A stretch of 64,000 bases of DNA, from positions 128,001-192,000 of the forward strand of contig CAVUXE010000099.1 in NCBI GenBank assembly GCA_963745235.1, written 5' to 3'. Source of the DNA: an uncultured Spirochaetota bacterium. Its GTDB lineage: Bacteria > Spirochaetota > Spirochaetia > SZUA-6 > Fen-1364. Each line of letters begins with the position of its first letter. The first letter of the stretch is position 1. Positions 21,107 to 31,141 of this stretch are shown in pieces. The position numbers and the translations under genes are program-made. The notes beneath the pieces are model-generated. The model was not told where the DNA came from. It did not search any database and was given only the letters and a program-made list of their open reading frames with translations.

Positions 21107-21112
21107 AGGGCG

Positions 21113-21967
21113 ATGCATCCCCTTGCCAAGCGAATATCGCTGCTCGTGTCCGTGTTCTCGCTGGTCCTGGGCCTCTTCCTGCTTGGCTACAACCTGCGCG
21201 TCATTTCGGATACAGCAAAATCGATCGCCTTGAGCCTCTGGCCCGTCCTGATGGTCCTTGCCGGGATCATGCTGGTCATTGATTCGGTGAAGAAGCGCAG
21301 GTTCACCCGCGTTTCAAGCACGACCACGCGGAAGTTCCCCATCCACATCGAGAAGGCATCGCGGGAGCTTTCCTGCCGGGTCCAGTTTTCCTACGGCAGG
21401 CTGGTGCTCGGGCCCGCACCGGGAGAACCGCTGCTTGTCACGGAGCACGCGGGTCCTGCCATCCCTCCCCAGATCTCGCAGGAGACCGTAGGGGGGCTGG
21501 CGGAAATATCCATCGCAATGAGCCAGCCGCTTTTTCCCCCGCATTTTCAACAGAAGAATGCGTGGCGGCTGGAGCTGTCCAGGTCGCTGCCCATCACGTT
21601 GTCGCTTCAGCTCCATGCCGCAGATCTGCACATGGACCTGCGCCAACTGGACGTGGAGTCACTGGACCTCTCAACGGACTCCGGGACGCAGGAGATCCTG
21701 TTCGGTGCGCCCCGCAAGAAGCTGACGGGACAGGTCTACTGCGCCAGCGGGGACCTTTCCCTGATACTCTGCCCCGGCGTCTTCACGTGGGTGCACCTGC
21801 TCAACCCGTTCTGCCGTGTCGAGTACCCGCAGGGGGACTTCGAAAAGAGAGAAGACGGTTCCCTTGTGACCCCGTCCGTGGCGGACAGCCAGGGCAGCGT
21901 GGAGCTGACCGTGGATGGTCCCATCCGGAGGCTCGCCCTCGACATCCAGGACGGGCAGGAAACTTGA
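21113..21967 (+). CDS. Membrane protein, LiaF/LiaI-like TM pair plus beta-rich domain
   Basis: VLGLFLLGYNL..LWPVLMVLAGI TM motif; beta-rich domain with DLRQLDV..LDL. Confidence 0.6.
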   Translation: MHPLAKRISLLVSVFSLVLGLFLLGYNLRVISDTAKSIALSLWPVLMVLAGIMLVIDSVKKRRFTRVSSTTTRKFPIHIEKASRELSCRVQFSYGRLVLGPAPGEPLLVTEHAGPAIPPQISQETVGGLAEISIAMSQPLFPPHFQQKNAWRLELSRSLPITLSLQLHAADLHMDLRQLDVESLDLSTDSGTQEILFGAPRKKLTGQVYCASGDLSLILCPGVFTWVHLLNPFCRVEYPQGDFEKREDGSLVTPSVADSQGSVELTVDGPIRRLALDIQDGQET

Positions 21968-22014
21968 ACAAGACACCTTCGCGTGCTACCCTTCTGCCTA
22001 CACGGGAGAGTTCA

Positions 22015-22605
22015 GTGAAAAGATGTTTCATCATGACCTGCCTGTCCATGGCCCTGGTTCTTTGTGCGCTCTCACCGGTTTTCGCCGCCGACACCAGCGC
22101 GCCGTCCCAGTACTCCCTGGGGGACCAGACTCTCTCCCTCAACCTCGGAGGTTTCATTCCGCTCTTTCTTGTTGGCGGCAGTCCCCAGGTCGGAAACGCG
22201 AACCTCTCCCTTGGCGGCATGGGGTCGATCGACTGGGCCGCGTACCTCTCCGCGCATTGGAGAATCGGCGCTTCCCTTGGCGGAACCTTCACCTTTGATC
22301 CAAACTTCACCGCTCTCCTGATGGTGCCTATCATCGCGAAGGTTTCGTACCTCATCGATTTCTACCCCTGGGAGGTTCCTCTGACCTTCGGGGCCGGCAT
22401 GAACATCGTCAAGTACAGTGCGGACTCCACAATCGACCTGCTCTTGAAACCGGGCACCGGACTCTTCTGGACGTACAACTCATCCTGGTCTTTCGGATTC
22501 AACCTGAACTACTGGTGGGACATGCAATTCACAAACGCTTCCAACATGGGCTTCGTGGCCGGCAATTTCCTGGAGTTATCCTTCAGTGCGCTCTACCATT
22601 ACTAG
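22015..22605 (+). CDS. TP0733-family (OmpW/OprG-like) outer-membrane beta-barrel
   Basis: Signal peptide; GDQTLSLNLG, alternating aromatic strands, GNFLELSFSALYHY C-terminal aromatic signal. Confidence 0.75.
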   Translation: MKRCFIMTCLSMALVLCALSPVFAADTSAPSQYSLGDQTLSLNLGGFIPLFLVGGSPQVGNANLSLGGMGSIDWAAYLSAHWRIGASLGGTFTFDPNFTALLMVPIIAKVSYLIDFYPWEVPLTFGAGMNIVKYSADSTIDLLLKPGTGLFWTYNSSWSFGFNLNYWWDMQFTNASNMGFVAGNFLELSFSALYHY

Positions 22606-22627
22606 AAGACTGATCGAGGTGATTCGA

Positions 22628-23797
22628 ATGAAGGCTCTTTCACGCCTCCTGATCGCGGCGATAGGTGCGGCGGCATTTGCCTCCTGTACGCAGAACGGCA
22701 GCCTCATCTACTTGAATATCCAGAAAGTGACGAAGACCAACACGAGCTCAAGCATTCCCTTGGACATCACGGTGTCGGAAATCGTTGGCATAGGAGCTGG
22801 AGGCACCGCACCGTATTACGTCGCGGCCGGCAAGATCTACAACGGCACTGTACCCAGCCCCGGGTCAACGAACTGGAACGCCATCGGCGTGCCCCAAGCT
22901 AACGGCAAGGATATGTTGTGCAACGCGCTTACCTGGGACGGCACAAACCTCTGGGGCGGTTTCTTTTCCTCGGATGGCTCGACGTTCGGGTTGTACTCAA
23001 TGATTCCCAGCGTGGGCACATGGACTCAGGTAACTTCGGGACCAACGGTTGGAAAGCAGATTACGTATCTGAATGCCATCGGGAGCATCCTGTTTGTCGT
23101 TGCCGCCACCGATTCCAGTGGCACTTTTACCTATGAGCTCGACGCGTGGAATGGCACATGGGCTGCCAAATCTTCTGAGCGGCCTTTCCAGGCCGATAAC
23201 AGGTGTTGCCGCAACCACAACCCCCACGTACTACGCGACTTCAGGCAATACCCTGTATGCTTCGACCGGGCCCTATCCTGCCCTTGCTTTCTCCCCTGTC
23301 GCCGCGTTGTCAAGCGGGATCAAACGATCTTTTCCAGGGCATTTTCATCGACCCGCTCTACAACGGCGGCAGCGCAACCCTTCTTGTCATCCCTGAGCTC
23401 AAACCAGCAGACCCAGACCAACGGTATCGGCAGCGTCTGGTTCTCTATCAACGGGGGCGCGGCATGGTCAAACGCCACGACAAACGCCAGCACGAGCTAC
23501 AACGTCGGGTTCCTTTGCGTTGCCGGCCCAGTGGACTCCGGCCACACCATGTACCTTCTGGGCACGGATTCCGGCCTCGGTGGGGCATTCGGCTTCTTCT
23601 CTTTCCAGCCCAGCAGCAATAGTCTCAACAGGTTCGGCGGCATCTCCTACAGTCTCTATGCCTCCGCAGTGAGAAGGATCCTTGTCGACTCGACGAACCA
23701 GTTTGTCCTCATGGGCACCATCAACAACGGTCTCTGGGTGACAAGCGGCGTGGATTCATCCGGCGGTTTCGGCAGCAACTCCTGGACCCAGGAATAA
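22628..23797 (+). CDS. Surface lipoprotein, beta-propeller-like (three compensating frameshifts 23160-23400)
   Basis: Lipobox FAS-C; Ser/Thr/Gly-rich strands, S.NGGAAW and GT.NNGLW; the middle reads sensibly only in alternate frames. Confidence 0.7.
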   Translation: MKALSRLLIAAIGAAAFASCTQNGSLIYLNIQKVTKTNTSSSIPLDITVSEIVGIGAGGTAPYYVAAGKIYNGTVPSPGSTNWNAIGVPQANGKDMLCNALTWDGTNLWGGFFSSDGSTFGLYSMIPSVGTWTQVTSGPTVGKQITYLNAIGSILFVVAATDSSGTFTYELDAWNGTWAAKSSERPFQADNRCCRNHNPHVLRDFRQYPVCFDRALSCPCFLPCRRVVKRDQTIFSRAFSSTRSTTAAAQPFLSSLSSNQQTQTNGIGSVWFSINGGAAWSNATTNASTSYNVGFLCVAGPVDSGHTMYLLGTDSGLGGAFGFFSFQPSSNSLNRFGGISYSLYASAVRRILVDSTNQFVLMGTINNGLWVTSGVDSSGGFGSNSWTQE

Positions 23798-23802
23798 AAC
23801 AG

Positions 23803-23827
23803 AAAGGCCGCTTGCAGCGGCCTTTTT
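23803..23827. terminator. Probably bidirectional Rho-independent terminator
   Basis: AAAGGCCGCT-TGC-AGCGGCCTTTTT between convergent genes. Confidence 0.85.
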
Positions 23828-23828
23828 C

Positions 23829-24422
23829 CTAGAAGACCCCGGTCAGCTCGGGATCTTCATTGTAGTAGTGCGCCTTTTTTTCTTCCTCGGTGAGACCGAC
23901 CAGCTCGTGGCTCATGTAGTGGATCCAGAAATCGTCAGCGGGCGTGGCAAGCTCGTGGAACCTGCACCAGTAGTCGGGCTGGACCGGAAGCTGCTTCGTC
24001 ACATACTTGCGGATCTTGTAGTCGTGGACCGCCACGCGCACGTCTTCCCGGGGGATCCCCTGCTCCATGATGATTTCCACGAGGTGATTCACCGTCCGTC
24101 CTGAATCGAAAATGTCGTCCACCAGCAGGACCTTGTCCCCGTTGCGCAGGTAGGCGGGATTGTATGTCCACCCGTCCACGCGCACCTTGTCCTGCGCGCC
24201 GATGTCCCGGTAGGACCGCGCCACCACGGCCGCGTAGTACGCGGGGCGCTTGTCCTTGCGCTTGATCTTGAAATACTCGCTGATGACGTTTCCCATGTAG
24301 GCCCCGCCGCGCAGGGAGACGTAGATCACGTCGGGGACGAATCCTTCGCGGTTGATGTGGTCCGCAAGCTTGATGGCATTATTGCGCACGGTCTGGTAGG
24401 GGAGAAATTCCTTATGCAACAT
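23829..24422 (-). CDS. Type I phosphoribosyltransferase
   Basis: PRPP-binding VLLVDDIFDSGRT; SLRGG. Confidence 0.85.
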   Translation of the reverse strand: MLHKEFLPYQTVRNNAIKLADHINREGFVPDVIYVSLRGGAYMGNVISEYFKIKRKDKRPAYYAAVVARSYRDIGAQDKVRVDGWTYNPAYLRNGDKVLLVDDIFDSGRTVNHLVEIIMEQGIPREDVRVAVHDYKIRKYVTKQLPVQPDYWCRFHELATPADDFWIHYMSHELVGLTEEEKKAHYYNEDPELTGVF

Positions 24423-24431
24423 CGACGCAGT

Positions 24432-25181
24432 CTAATCGAAACGGGTCAGAATTTCCATTCGGTCCTTGAGGACCACCACGGTGTGCTCGAAATGAGCCGA
24501 GTCGGATCCGTCCGCGGTGATGACGGTCCAGCCGTCCTCCAGGAGCTCCACATCGCCCGAGCCCGCGTTGATCATGGGCTCGATGGCAAGGACCATTCCT
24601 TCCTTCAGGCGCGGATTCGGTCCCCCGCCCACGTAGTTCGGCACCTGCGGGTCCTCGTGCGGCGCGAAGCCCACCCCGTGGCCGCAATAGTCCCGTACCA
24701 CCCCGCACGAGCTTCCCACGGCATGGTCGTAGACGGCGCGGGAGATGTCGCTGATCCTGTTTCCGGCGACTGCCTCCTCCACGGCGAGCTCCAGGCACTC
24801 CCGTGTCACGCGAAGGAGCGTTTCCCTTCTTCGGGAAACGGCGCCGACAGGCAGGGAGACCGCGGCATCAGAGAAGTAGCCGTTGAGGTTGACTCCCAGG
24901 TCAAGGCTGACAATGTCGCCGGCGCGCAGCCGCCGAGGGCCGGGGATTCCGTGGATGACCTCATTGTTGATGGAGACGCACAAGGATGCAGGGTAGTTCA
25001 TGTACCCGAGGAACCATGGCTTGCCGCCGTGACCCTCGATGTACGATTTCGCAAAGGAATCAAGCTCCCGGGTCGCCACGCCTTCGGTGACAAGCTGTTT
25101 CAGCTCCTGGAGGGTGCGCGAAAGCAGTCTGCCCGACTCCCGGATGCCCGCAATTTCTTTCTCGTTCTTGAGACGGATCAT
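24432..25181 (-). CDS. map: Methionine aminopeptidase type I
   Basis: CVSINNEVIHGIP, GHGVG, AIEPM, SAHFEHT. Confidence 0.97.
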   Translation of the reverse strand: MIRLKNEKEIAGIRESGRLLSRTLQELKQLVTEGVATRELDSFAKSYIEGHGGKPWFLGYMNYPASLCVSINNEVIHGIPGPRRLRAGDIVSLDLGVNLNGYFSDAAVSLPVGAVSRRRETLLRVTRECLELAVEEAVAGNRISDISRAVYDHAVGSSCGVVRDYCGHGVGFAPHEDPQVPNYVGGGPNPRLKEGMVLAIEPMINAGSGDVELLEDGWTVITADGSDSAHFEHTVVVLKDRMEILTRFD

Positions 25182-25188
25182 TCCAGGG

Positions 25189-25647
25189 CTATTTGCCCGC
25201 CTCCTCCTTGTCCTTTGCTTTTTCTTTCTTCTTTTCCTTCAGGAGGGAAGAAAAGGCCTCTTCCGTCTCCGCGCCGAAAGACTCTTCAATGATCTTGCGC
25301 GCCTCGTCGGACAATCCGGAGGTGATTGTGACCCTTCCCTCCGTAACGACCCCCGGCTCCATGGTGAGCTTCGGTGTGGAGATGTTGCCGAGCACTTTCC
25401 CGGTGTGGAGCAGGCTGACCTCTTCAGAGGCGGTGATGTTGCCGATCAGGGTCCCCGCAACCGTCACCCGCCGGGCAACGATGTCGGTCTTCACCTTCCC
25501 CGTTGGACCCACGACGAGCTGGTCATCAGTCCGGATGTCGCCCTGGAACTTTCCTTCTATCAGAATGGAGCCGTTCACGTAAAAGCGACCGTTGAAGACG
25601 GATCCCTCTCCAATGATGCAGTTGCTGTTCTCATTCTTATTCGGCAT
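25189..25647 (-). CDS. Bactofilin (polymer-forming cytoskeletal protein)
   Basis: IIGEGSVFNG..IEGKFQGDI..VVGPTGKVK..VAGTLIGNI..GKVLGNI beta-helix; SD AAGGAG. Confidence 0.9.
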   Translation of the reverse strand: MPNKNENSNCIIGEGSVFNGRFYVNGSILIEGKFQGDIRTDDQLVVGPTGKVKTDIVARRVTVAGTLIGNITASEEVSLLHTGKVLGNISTPKLTMEPGVVTEGRVTITSGLSDEARKIIEESFGAETEEAFSSLLKEKKKEKAKDKEEAGK

Positions 25648-25718
25648 GCGGTCTCCTTGCCCACCTGGTTTCGCCTGCGCCTGATCCGACCGGGCGCCTC
25701 CGGGCCGTGCAAAAGATA

Positions 25719-27390
25719 TCATTGATCCCGCTGGGCTTCAAGTTTCCGCAGCTCCAATCCGGGCTCCAGCAGGTGCGGATCCAGCACGCGGGCGCGAAGA
25801 AAGGCATCGCGAGCGCCCGGGATGTCCCCCGTTGCAAGCAGGCATCTTCCCTTCAGCGTCTGGATTCGCGCCTGCACCTGGCGCCCTGCCGAGGCGCTTG
25901 CGGCGAGGGACACCCCGGCGGAAGACCCTGCTTCCGTCTCAGCGTTGCCGAGCTGCGCGAGGGCTTCCCGCGGATGCCCCGCGCGCAGCAGCAGGACAGC
26001 GAGGTCGTACCGGTACTTTCCGCCGCCGTCCTGGTTCGCAGCCTGGCTCAAGAGCCCCGCCGCCCGGTCCTCTTTCCCCTGCACGGCCTCCACAAGCCCG
26101 TGGATCGCAAGCCCGTCCGCGTCCTGCCCTCCCTGCGCAATTTCGTGCTGGTGGATGGCGATGCCGGCGCTTTCCCAATCGTGGGAGGTGACCAGCGCTG
26201 AAATCAAGGTCATGTACACTTTCTGGTCCGAGGGCAGACGGTCGAACAGCTTCCAAAGCGCTGCGCGGTACGCCTGCGGGGACAATCCGGGCGCCGCGAG
26301 AGCAAGCCGCAGAAGTGCGGCCTCTGCGTCGTCAGGCCTTTCCGCAACCAGCGCGTCCAGGAGTGAAAGCGCCGCGGCAGGGTTCCCCTGGCCTGCCTCC
26401 AGGCGCGCCGTGGCCAGCACGAGCTCGCGGGAACCGGGAAAAACAGCCCTCCCCTGCGCAAGAATGTCTCTGGCCAGAGACGGAGTTCCTTGCGTTTCGG
26501 CCAGGAGCGCGAGGTCTGCATATGGTGTCCAGGAAATCCTGGGATCCAACCTGATTGCCGCGTGGAGGGCATCCCCGTAGTCACTGCTCCTCCCCATGGC
26601 ATGGTAGCAGTCTGCCTGCAGCAGAGCGATATCCGCCCTCGGACCGCGGCGCGACTGGAGCCTGGTAAGCCTGGCGACCGCGGTCTGGAAATCCCCGGCA
26701 TCATAGGCAATCAGTGAGGCCGGCTCGTCGAACGCGCTGTCCTGCAGTGCGGTGGCGGCGATCTCCCGCGCGCTCGCGAGGTCACCGTTCGACAGTGACA
26801 GGAGCGCTGCGTCCAGACCGAGGCGCTTGTCGTCCACGCTCCGCGCCGCCTGCACGAAGTCCGACGCCTGCCGCGAGGTTTCCAGTTTGACGAGGTCCCT
26901 GGTGAGACTGTCCGAACCGAGCCAGCTGCCCCCTTTCCTGAGAAGTATCTCGCCGCGCACCAGCTCTCCGTTCCCCGCGGGCAGCCCCTTGCCGGGCAAC
27001 GGCCTCTGCGTCGGAGAGCCGCCCCGTCCGAAGCCATGAGTAGGCGGCCACGAGGCGAATAGCGGGGCTCGAGGAGAGGGAAATCTGGGCGCGGTCGCAC
27101 ATCACGGCCAGAAGGCCGAAGTCCCCTCCTTCCCGGCACAGCGCGTAGGCCCGTTTGAAGATGCGAAGCGCATCCCTTTCTCCGCGGGGGAAAGGCCGTA
27201 TTGCCAGCAGCTCCGCTCGCGCGGTGGAAAGGTATCCTCCCGAAAGTGCGGCATCTATGACTGCGAGCCGTGATGTGATATCCGGAGGCGGAAAAACGAT
27301 CGGAAGAACAAGGAAGTACCCACCCGCGATGATGACGCAGGAGCAAGCGATGATTGCTGCAACCAGGACCAAGGTCCGCCGCAGGCGCAT
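25719..27390 (-). CDS. Membrane-anchored TPR protein (frameshift near 26995)
   Basis: N-terminal TM plus Ala/Leu-rich TPR helices across ORFs 26782-27390 and 25719-26999. Confidence 0.7.
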
Positions 27391-27396
27391 GGGTTC

Positions 27397-27819
27397 CTAC
27401 TCTCCCAGGTACTTCTTGCGCACCCCGTCGAGCACACCGTTGACAAATCTGTAGGAATCAGAAGTCCCGAAGGTCTTCGATATGTCCACCGCTTCATCGA
27501 TGGTCACGGTTGCGGGGATATCCTTCTGATGGAGGAGGCAATAGACGCTCATCCGTAATATTGCCAGATCCACCTTGTTCAGCCGGGTAAAATCCCAGTT
27601 TTCGAGCTGGCCGCTTATCACCGTGTCGATCTGAGCAAGGTTCTCGATTGCGCCGTGGATCAGCAGGTGCGCAAAGGTGACTGTTTCACTGCCGAGCTTC
27701 TGGGTCTTTTCCCCGTCCAGCCAGGAGAAATCAAGAAGATCCTCCACGGCGGCGCCGGAAAGGTCGTAGCGGTACAGCGACTGGAAGGCAATGATCCTTC
27801 CCTTCCTTCTGGCACCCAT
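27397..27819 (-). CDS. nusB: Transcription antitermination factor NusB
   Basis: RRKGR..AFQSLY, VDLAILR, IDEAVDISK.FG, FVNGVLD. Confidence 0.96.
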   Translation of the reverse strand: MGARRKGRIIAFQSLYRYDLSGAAVEDLLDFSWLDGEKTQKLGSETVTFAHLLIHGAIENLAQIDTVISGQLENWDFTRLNKVDLAILRMSVYCLLHQKDIPATVTIDEAVDISKTFGTSDSYRFVNGVLDGVRKKYLGE

Positions 27820-27846
27820 GGCTCCCCGGTGTGGCCGCGCTCCCCT

Positions 27847-28902
27847 TTACCAGGACAGGTTGTCGTCGAACACCCGAACCTCTGCCTGCTTCTTCAGGTC
27901 GGCAACGATGGCGGTCAAGGCCGTCCCGAGCGCCTCGTTCTGGCGCTGGATGGTCAGATTGCCCCGGATGTATTCCCGAAGGGTGACCTGGAACTGCGGC
28001 GGGACCTTGTCATCCAGGGTGAGAAGCCGGGCATCCATGCGGTTGACCACCTGGACGATGTGGAAGCCGATGTTCGAGGGGATCACGTCGCTGGTTTGCC
28101 CCTTCGTCAGCTTGAATATCTCGTCAATGAAGTCCTTGCCGAAGAACTGCAGCCGCTGGGGATCCGAGCGAACGAACGTCCCGATATCCCCGCCCTTGTA
28201 CTTCGAGACAGTATCCTCCGAGTATTTCATGACGAGGTCTCCGAAGGAGGCTCCCCCCTTGAGCTCCTTGAGGATGTCATCCGCGCGTTTGCGCGCCCTG
28301 TCCTTGTCCTCTTTGGAAACAAGCGCCCGGGTGTCCACGAAGATGTGTCGTATCGTGACCATGTCATCCACGAAGAAGCTCTTCTTGTTCGAATCGTAAA
28401 AATCCTGGATGTCCGCGTCCTTGACGGGCTTGATTGATTCCAGGAGACCCTTGTTTTTGGCCCGCACGTAGTCGAACATCAGCAGCTGATCCTTGATCTG
28501 CTTCTGGAACTCGTCCCATGACATGCCGTTGTTGCGCACGTAGGCCTGCAGCTCCTGGTCCGTGAAGGGCCTCCCGAGGTTGGCGGCCGTCCCCAGGCTC
28601 TTCTGGTACTCCTGGACTCGGGCGGTGATCTCCGCGTCCGAGACGGCGATCTTGTCCCGGTCAGCCGCCTGCTCTATCAGGGCCGTTCCAATCAGCTGAT
28701 CCAGGACCTGCTTGCGCTCGTCCTTTGTCAGTGAGCGGCGGTACTGAGTCTCCAGCGGGCCGACAATTCTCTGCAGCTGGCTGACGGTGACGGACTGCGT
28801 CCGCGTGAGCCGGACGGTCGCGGCCGGCCTGTCCAGGACCTGCGCCCAGGCCCCCGACGCAACAAGGACAGCCAGCGCAGCCAACAGAATGGATCTTCTC
28901 AT
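27847..28902 (-). CDS. SurA-like parvulin peptidyl-prolyl isomerase
   Basis: Signal peptide, SurA N-domain, RHIFV..YSED..GGDIG..GFHIVQV rotamase. Confidence 0.88.
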   Translation of the reverse strand: MRRSILLAALAVLVASGAWAQVLDRPAATVRLTRTQSVTVSQLQRIVGPLETQYRRSLTKDERKQVLDQLIGTALIEQAADRDKIAVSDAEITARVQEYQKSLGTAANLGRPFTDQELQAYVRNNGMSWDEFQKQIKDQLLMFDYVRAKNKGLLESIKPVKDADIQDFYDSNKKSFFVDDMVTIRHIFVDTRALVSKEDKDRARKRADDILKELKGGASFGDLVMKYSEDTVSKYKGGDIGTFVRSDPQRLQFFGKDFIDEIFKLTKGQTSDVIPSNIGFHIVQVVNRMDARLLTLDDKVPPQFQVTLREYIRGNLTIQRQNEALGTALTAIVADLKKQAEVRVFDDNLSW

Positions 28903-28969
28903 GATGGATTATGCTCCTCTGTGTGTGCAGTCGGGCGAGCCGAGAGCGAAGGTCAGTAAACTCAAGTGA

Positions 28970-29779
28970 TCAGGGATTGTCAAGGCACACCGGACGGCCG
29001 ATGCGTTCCATGAGCTTTTTCACGCCCGAGAGCTTCCGGTCCAATTGTAATCCCTTCCGCAGGCAATGCAAAGCCGTCTCCTGGTTGCCGTTGGCGGCGT
29101 AGACCTCCGCAAGCTTCTTGTAGAAGAAGGCGTTGTCCTTGCGGGAAAAGTTGAAGCGGACCATTTCCTTGAGCCGCGCAATCGAGTCCGCCGGCTCGAG
29201 CTGGGGCAGCATCTTGAAGCAGAGCAGCGCGCGGAGCCTGTCGATGACCTCGTCTACGAAATGGTGGAAGTACGGCTTCTCTCTTTCGTAGCGGCAGAGC
29301 TTGGTGTACAGCTGGTAGGCTTCCACGAATCTTTCCCGGGACTCGAACACCTCTGCCAGGAGAAACGCGCAGTCCATGTAGTCCTCGCGGGAAAGGTACC
29401 TCTCGAGCTCGAAGCTGCCCGCGAGGGTCAGGCTCTGGTAGAGCTCGATTGCGTCATCCGGCATGTTGGCGAGGAGGTCATGAAAGATCAACTTGGACTG
29501 GCTGAAGGGGTCGTCACGCCTTCTTCGAAGGAACTCTCGGTAGTCGAAGCCTCGAACGCGGGCAAGAGACCGCAGCGCACGGTCGTACTCATCTCTTTTT
29601 CCAATGTCGCTCAGGACCTCGTAGGCGGTCAACAGGAGGCGCATGTCCTCCTGCGCCTGCACGCCGTCTTCCTGCCTGAGGTCAGGGTGCATCTCTTTTG
29701 CCCGGCGCCGGAATGATTTCTTGATTTCCTGGGTCGTCGAGTTCTGCGTGATGCCCAGTACTTCGTAGTAATTGATCAT
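28970..29779 (-). CDS. J-domain (DnaJ) protein with helical/TPR C-terminus
   Basis: NYYEVLGI..IKKSFRRRAKEMHPD..AYEVLSD; TTGACA-17nt-TACGAT promoter at 29824-29796. Confidence 0.88.
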   Translation of the reverse strand: MINYYEVLGITQNSTTQEIKKSFRRRAKEMHPDLRQEDGVQAQEDMRLLLTAYEVLSDIGKRDEYDRALRSLARVRGFDYREFLRRRRDDPFSQSKLIFHDLLANMPDDAIELYQSLTLAGSFELERYLSREDYMDCAFLLAEVFESRERFVEAYQLYTKLCRYEREKPYFHHFVDEVIDRLRALLCFKMLPQLEPADSIARLKEMVRFNFSRKDNAFFYKKLAEVYAANGNQETALHCLRKGLQLDRKLSGVKKLMERIGRPVCLDNP

Positions 29780-29914
29780 CGCCAACCCTGATTACATCGT
29801 AGCCGCTCGCCAAGCGAATGTCAAGGCAACGTGGACAAAGTGACCCAGTTGATGGGCGGTGGCGGCCACCTGGCGCCTGTGGCGCTTCATCCAGCGGCAT
29901 GATAGAGTGAGCTC

Positions 29915-30688
29915 ATGTTCGGCTTCCTCGTAAAGAAGGCATTTTTCGACATGTGGGACAACCTGTTCCGCATCCTGATCATGAACCTCGGTTACATCGC
30001 CATCCTGGCCGTATTCTTCCTGCTCGCGCCTCTGTTCATTTCCCTTCCGGCCCTCTTTGTCGGCACGATCATCCTGGGCGTGGCGCTTTTTGCTGTGTAC
30101 ACCGGCGCAGTCAGCAGGATGTGCGCTGAGATAGCTGATTATCGCCAGCCGGGCTTCGCGGATTTTTTCCGTTTCCTGCGGGAGAGCTTTCCGTCCAGCC
30201 TTCTCTTTGCCCTGACTGTCTGCGCGTACGGGCTGATTGTCTCAGTTGCTTTCCGCTTTTACGGGGGAATGAAAAGCATCGCGGGTCCCCTTGCGGTTGC
30301 ATTGCTTTTCTGGGTCACCGTGGCCGGGCTCCTTGCCGCGCAATTCTACTTTCCCATCCAGTCCCGCCTGGACAGGAAATATCGCAAGATTACGAGAAAA
30401 AGCTTCCTTGTTTTTTTCGACAATCCGGGCTTCTCGATCGGCCTGGCAATCTGCGTGCTGATTGTCCTGGTCGCGTCCCTGTTCACCGCGCTCCTGTTGC
30501 CAGGGCTGACGACAGTTCTCCTGTGGTGGAATGTCGCCTTCAAGCTGCGCCTTTACAAGTACGACTGGATTGAGCAGAACCCGGGTGAAAACAGGCGCCG
30601 CGTGCCCTGGGATGCACTGCTCGTCGAGGACCGGGAGCGCGTCGGAAAGAGAACCCTGCGCGGAATGATCTTCCCCTGGCGGGAATAA
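29915..30688 (+). CDS. Multi-pass membrane protein (YesL/DUF624-like)
   Basis: About 5-6 TM helices in an intact ORF. Confidence 0.7.
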   Translation: MFGFLVKKAFFDMWDNLFRILIMNLGYIAILAVFFLLAPLFISLPALFVGTIILGVALFAVYTGAVSRMCAEIADYRQPGFADFFRFLRESFPSSLLFALTVCAYGLIVSVAFRFYGGMKSIAGPLAVALLFWVTVAGLLAAQFYFPIQSRLDRKYRKITRKSFLVFFDNPGFSIGLAICVLIVLVASLFTALLLPGLTTVLLWWNVAFKLRLYKYDWIEQNPGENRRRVPWDALLVEDRERVGKRTLRGMIFPWRE

Positions 30689-30726
30689 TCGAGCCGGGAG
30701 GAAGGACCTCGACACCCCTCCGCGGC

Positions 30727-31141
30727 TCAGCTGATGTGCAGCCGCTTGCCTATCTCTTCGGCCTCTACCGTGGAGCGAAGGACGTCGGAGCTCTTGAGGA
30801 ACATCCCCTCACCTTCCATGCTGCGCATCAGGTTGGTGAGCGACTTGGCTGTTCCAAAAGTGGACCTGCACACGAAGGCATAACTCTTTTTTCCCGAGAC
30901 CACTCCGGAGCCTGCAAGGAAAGCCCGCACCGAATCCGGCACCTTTCCCTGAGAACGAGCCGGAAGGCTCCATCCCGATGACGATGTACTGGTAGATGGT
31001 GAGCTTCACATTGGTGTCCCGCCCGCCGTCGAAGACATCCACCTGGTTCCCCTGCTTCCCGATCCCCCGCGCGAGGCCGTTCGCCAGGTCCCTGATTTTT
31101 TCACGATTCCTGCCAGAGAAGAAGACTACCGCCACTCTCAT
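30727..31141 (-). CDS. Flavodoxin-like protein (frameshift near 30945)
   Basis: MRVAVVFFS..LARGI..VDVFD..YQYIVIG, then PDSVRAFL..GKKSYAFV..EAEEIGKRL. Confidence 0.7.
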
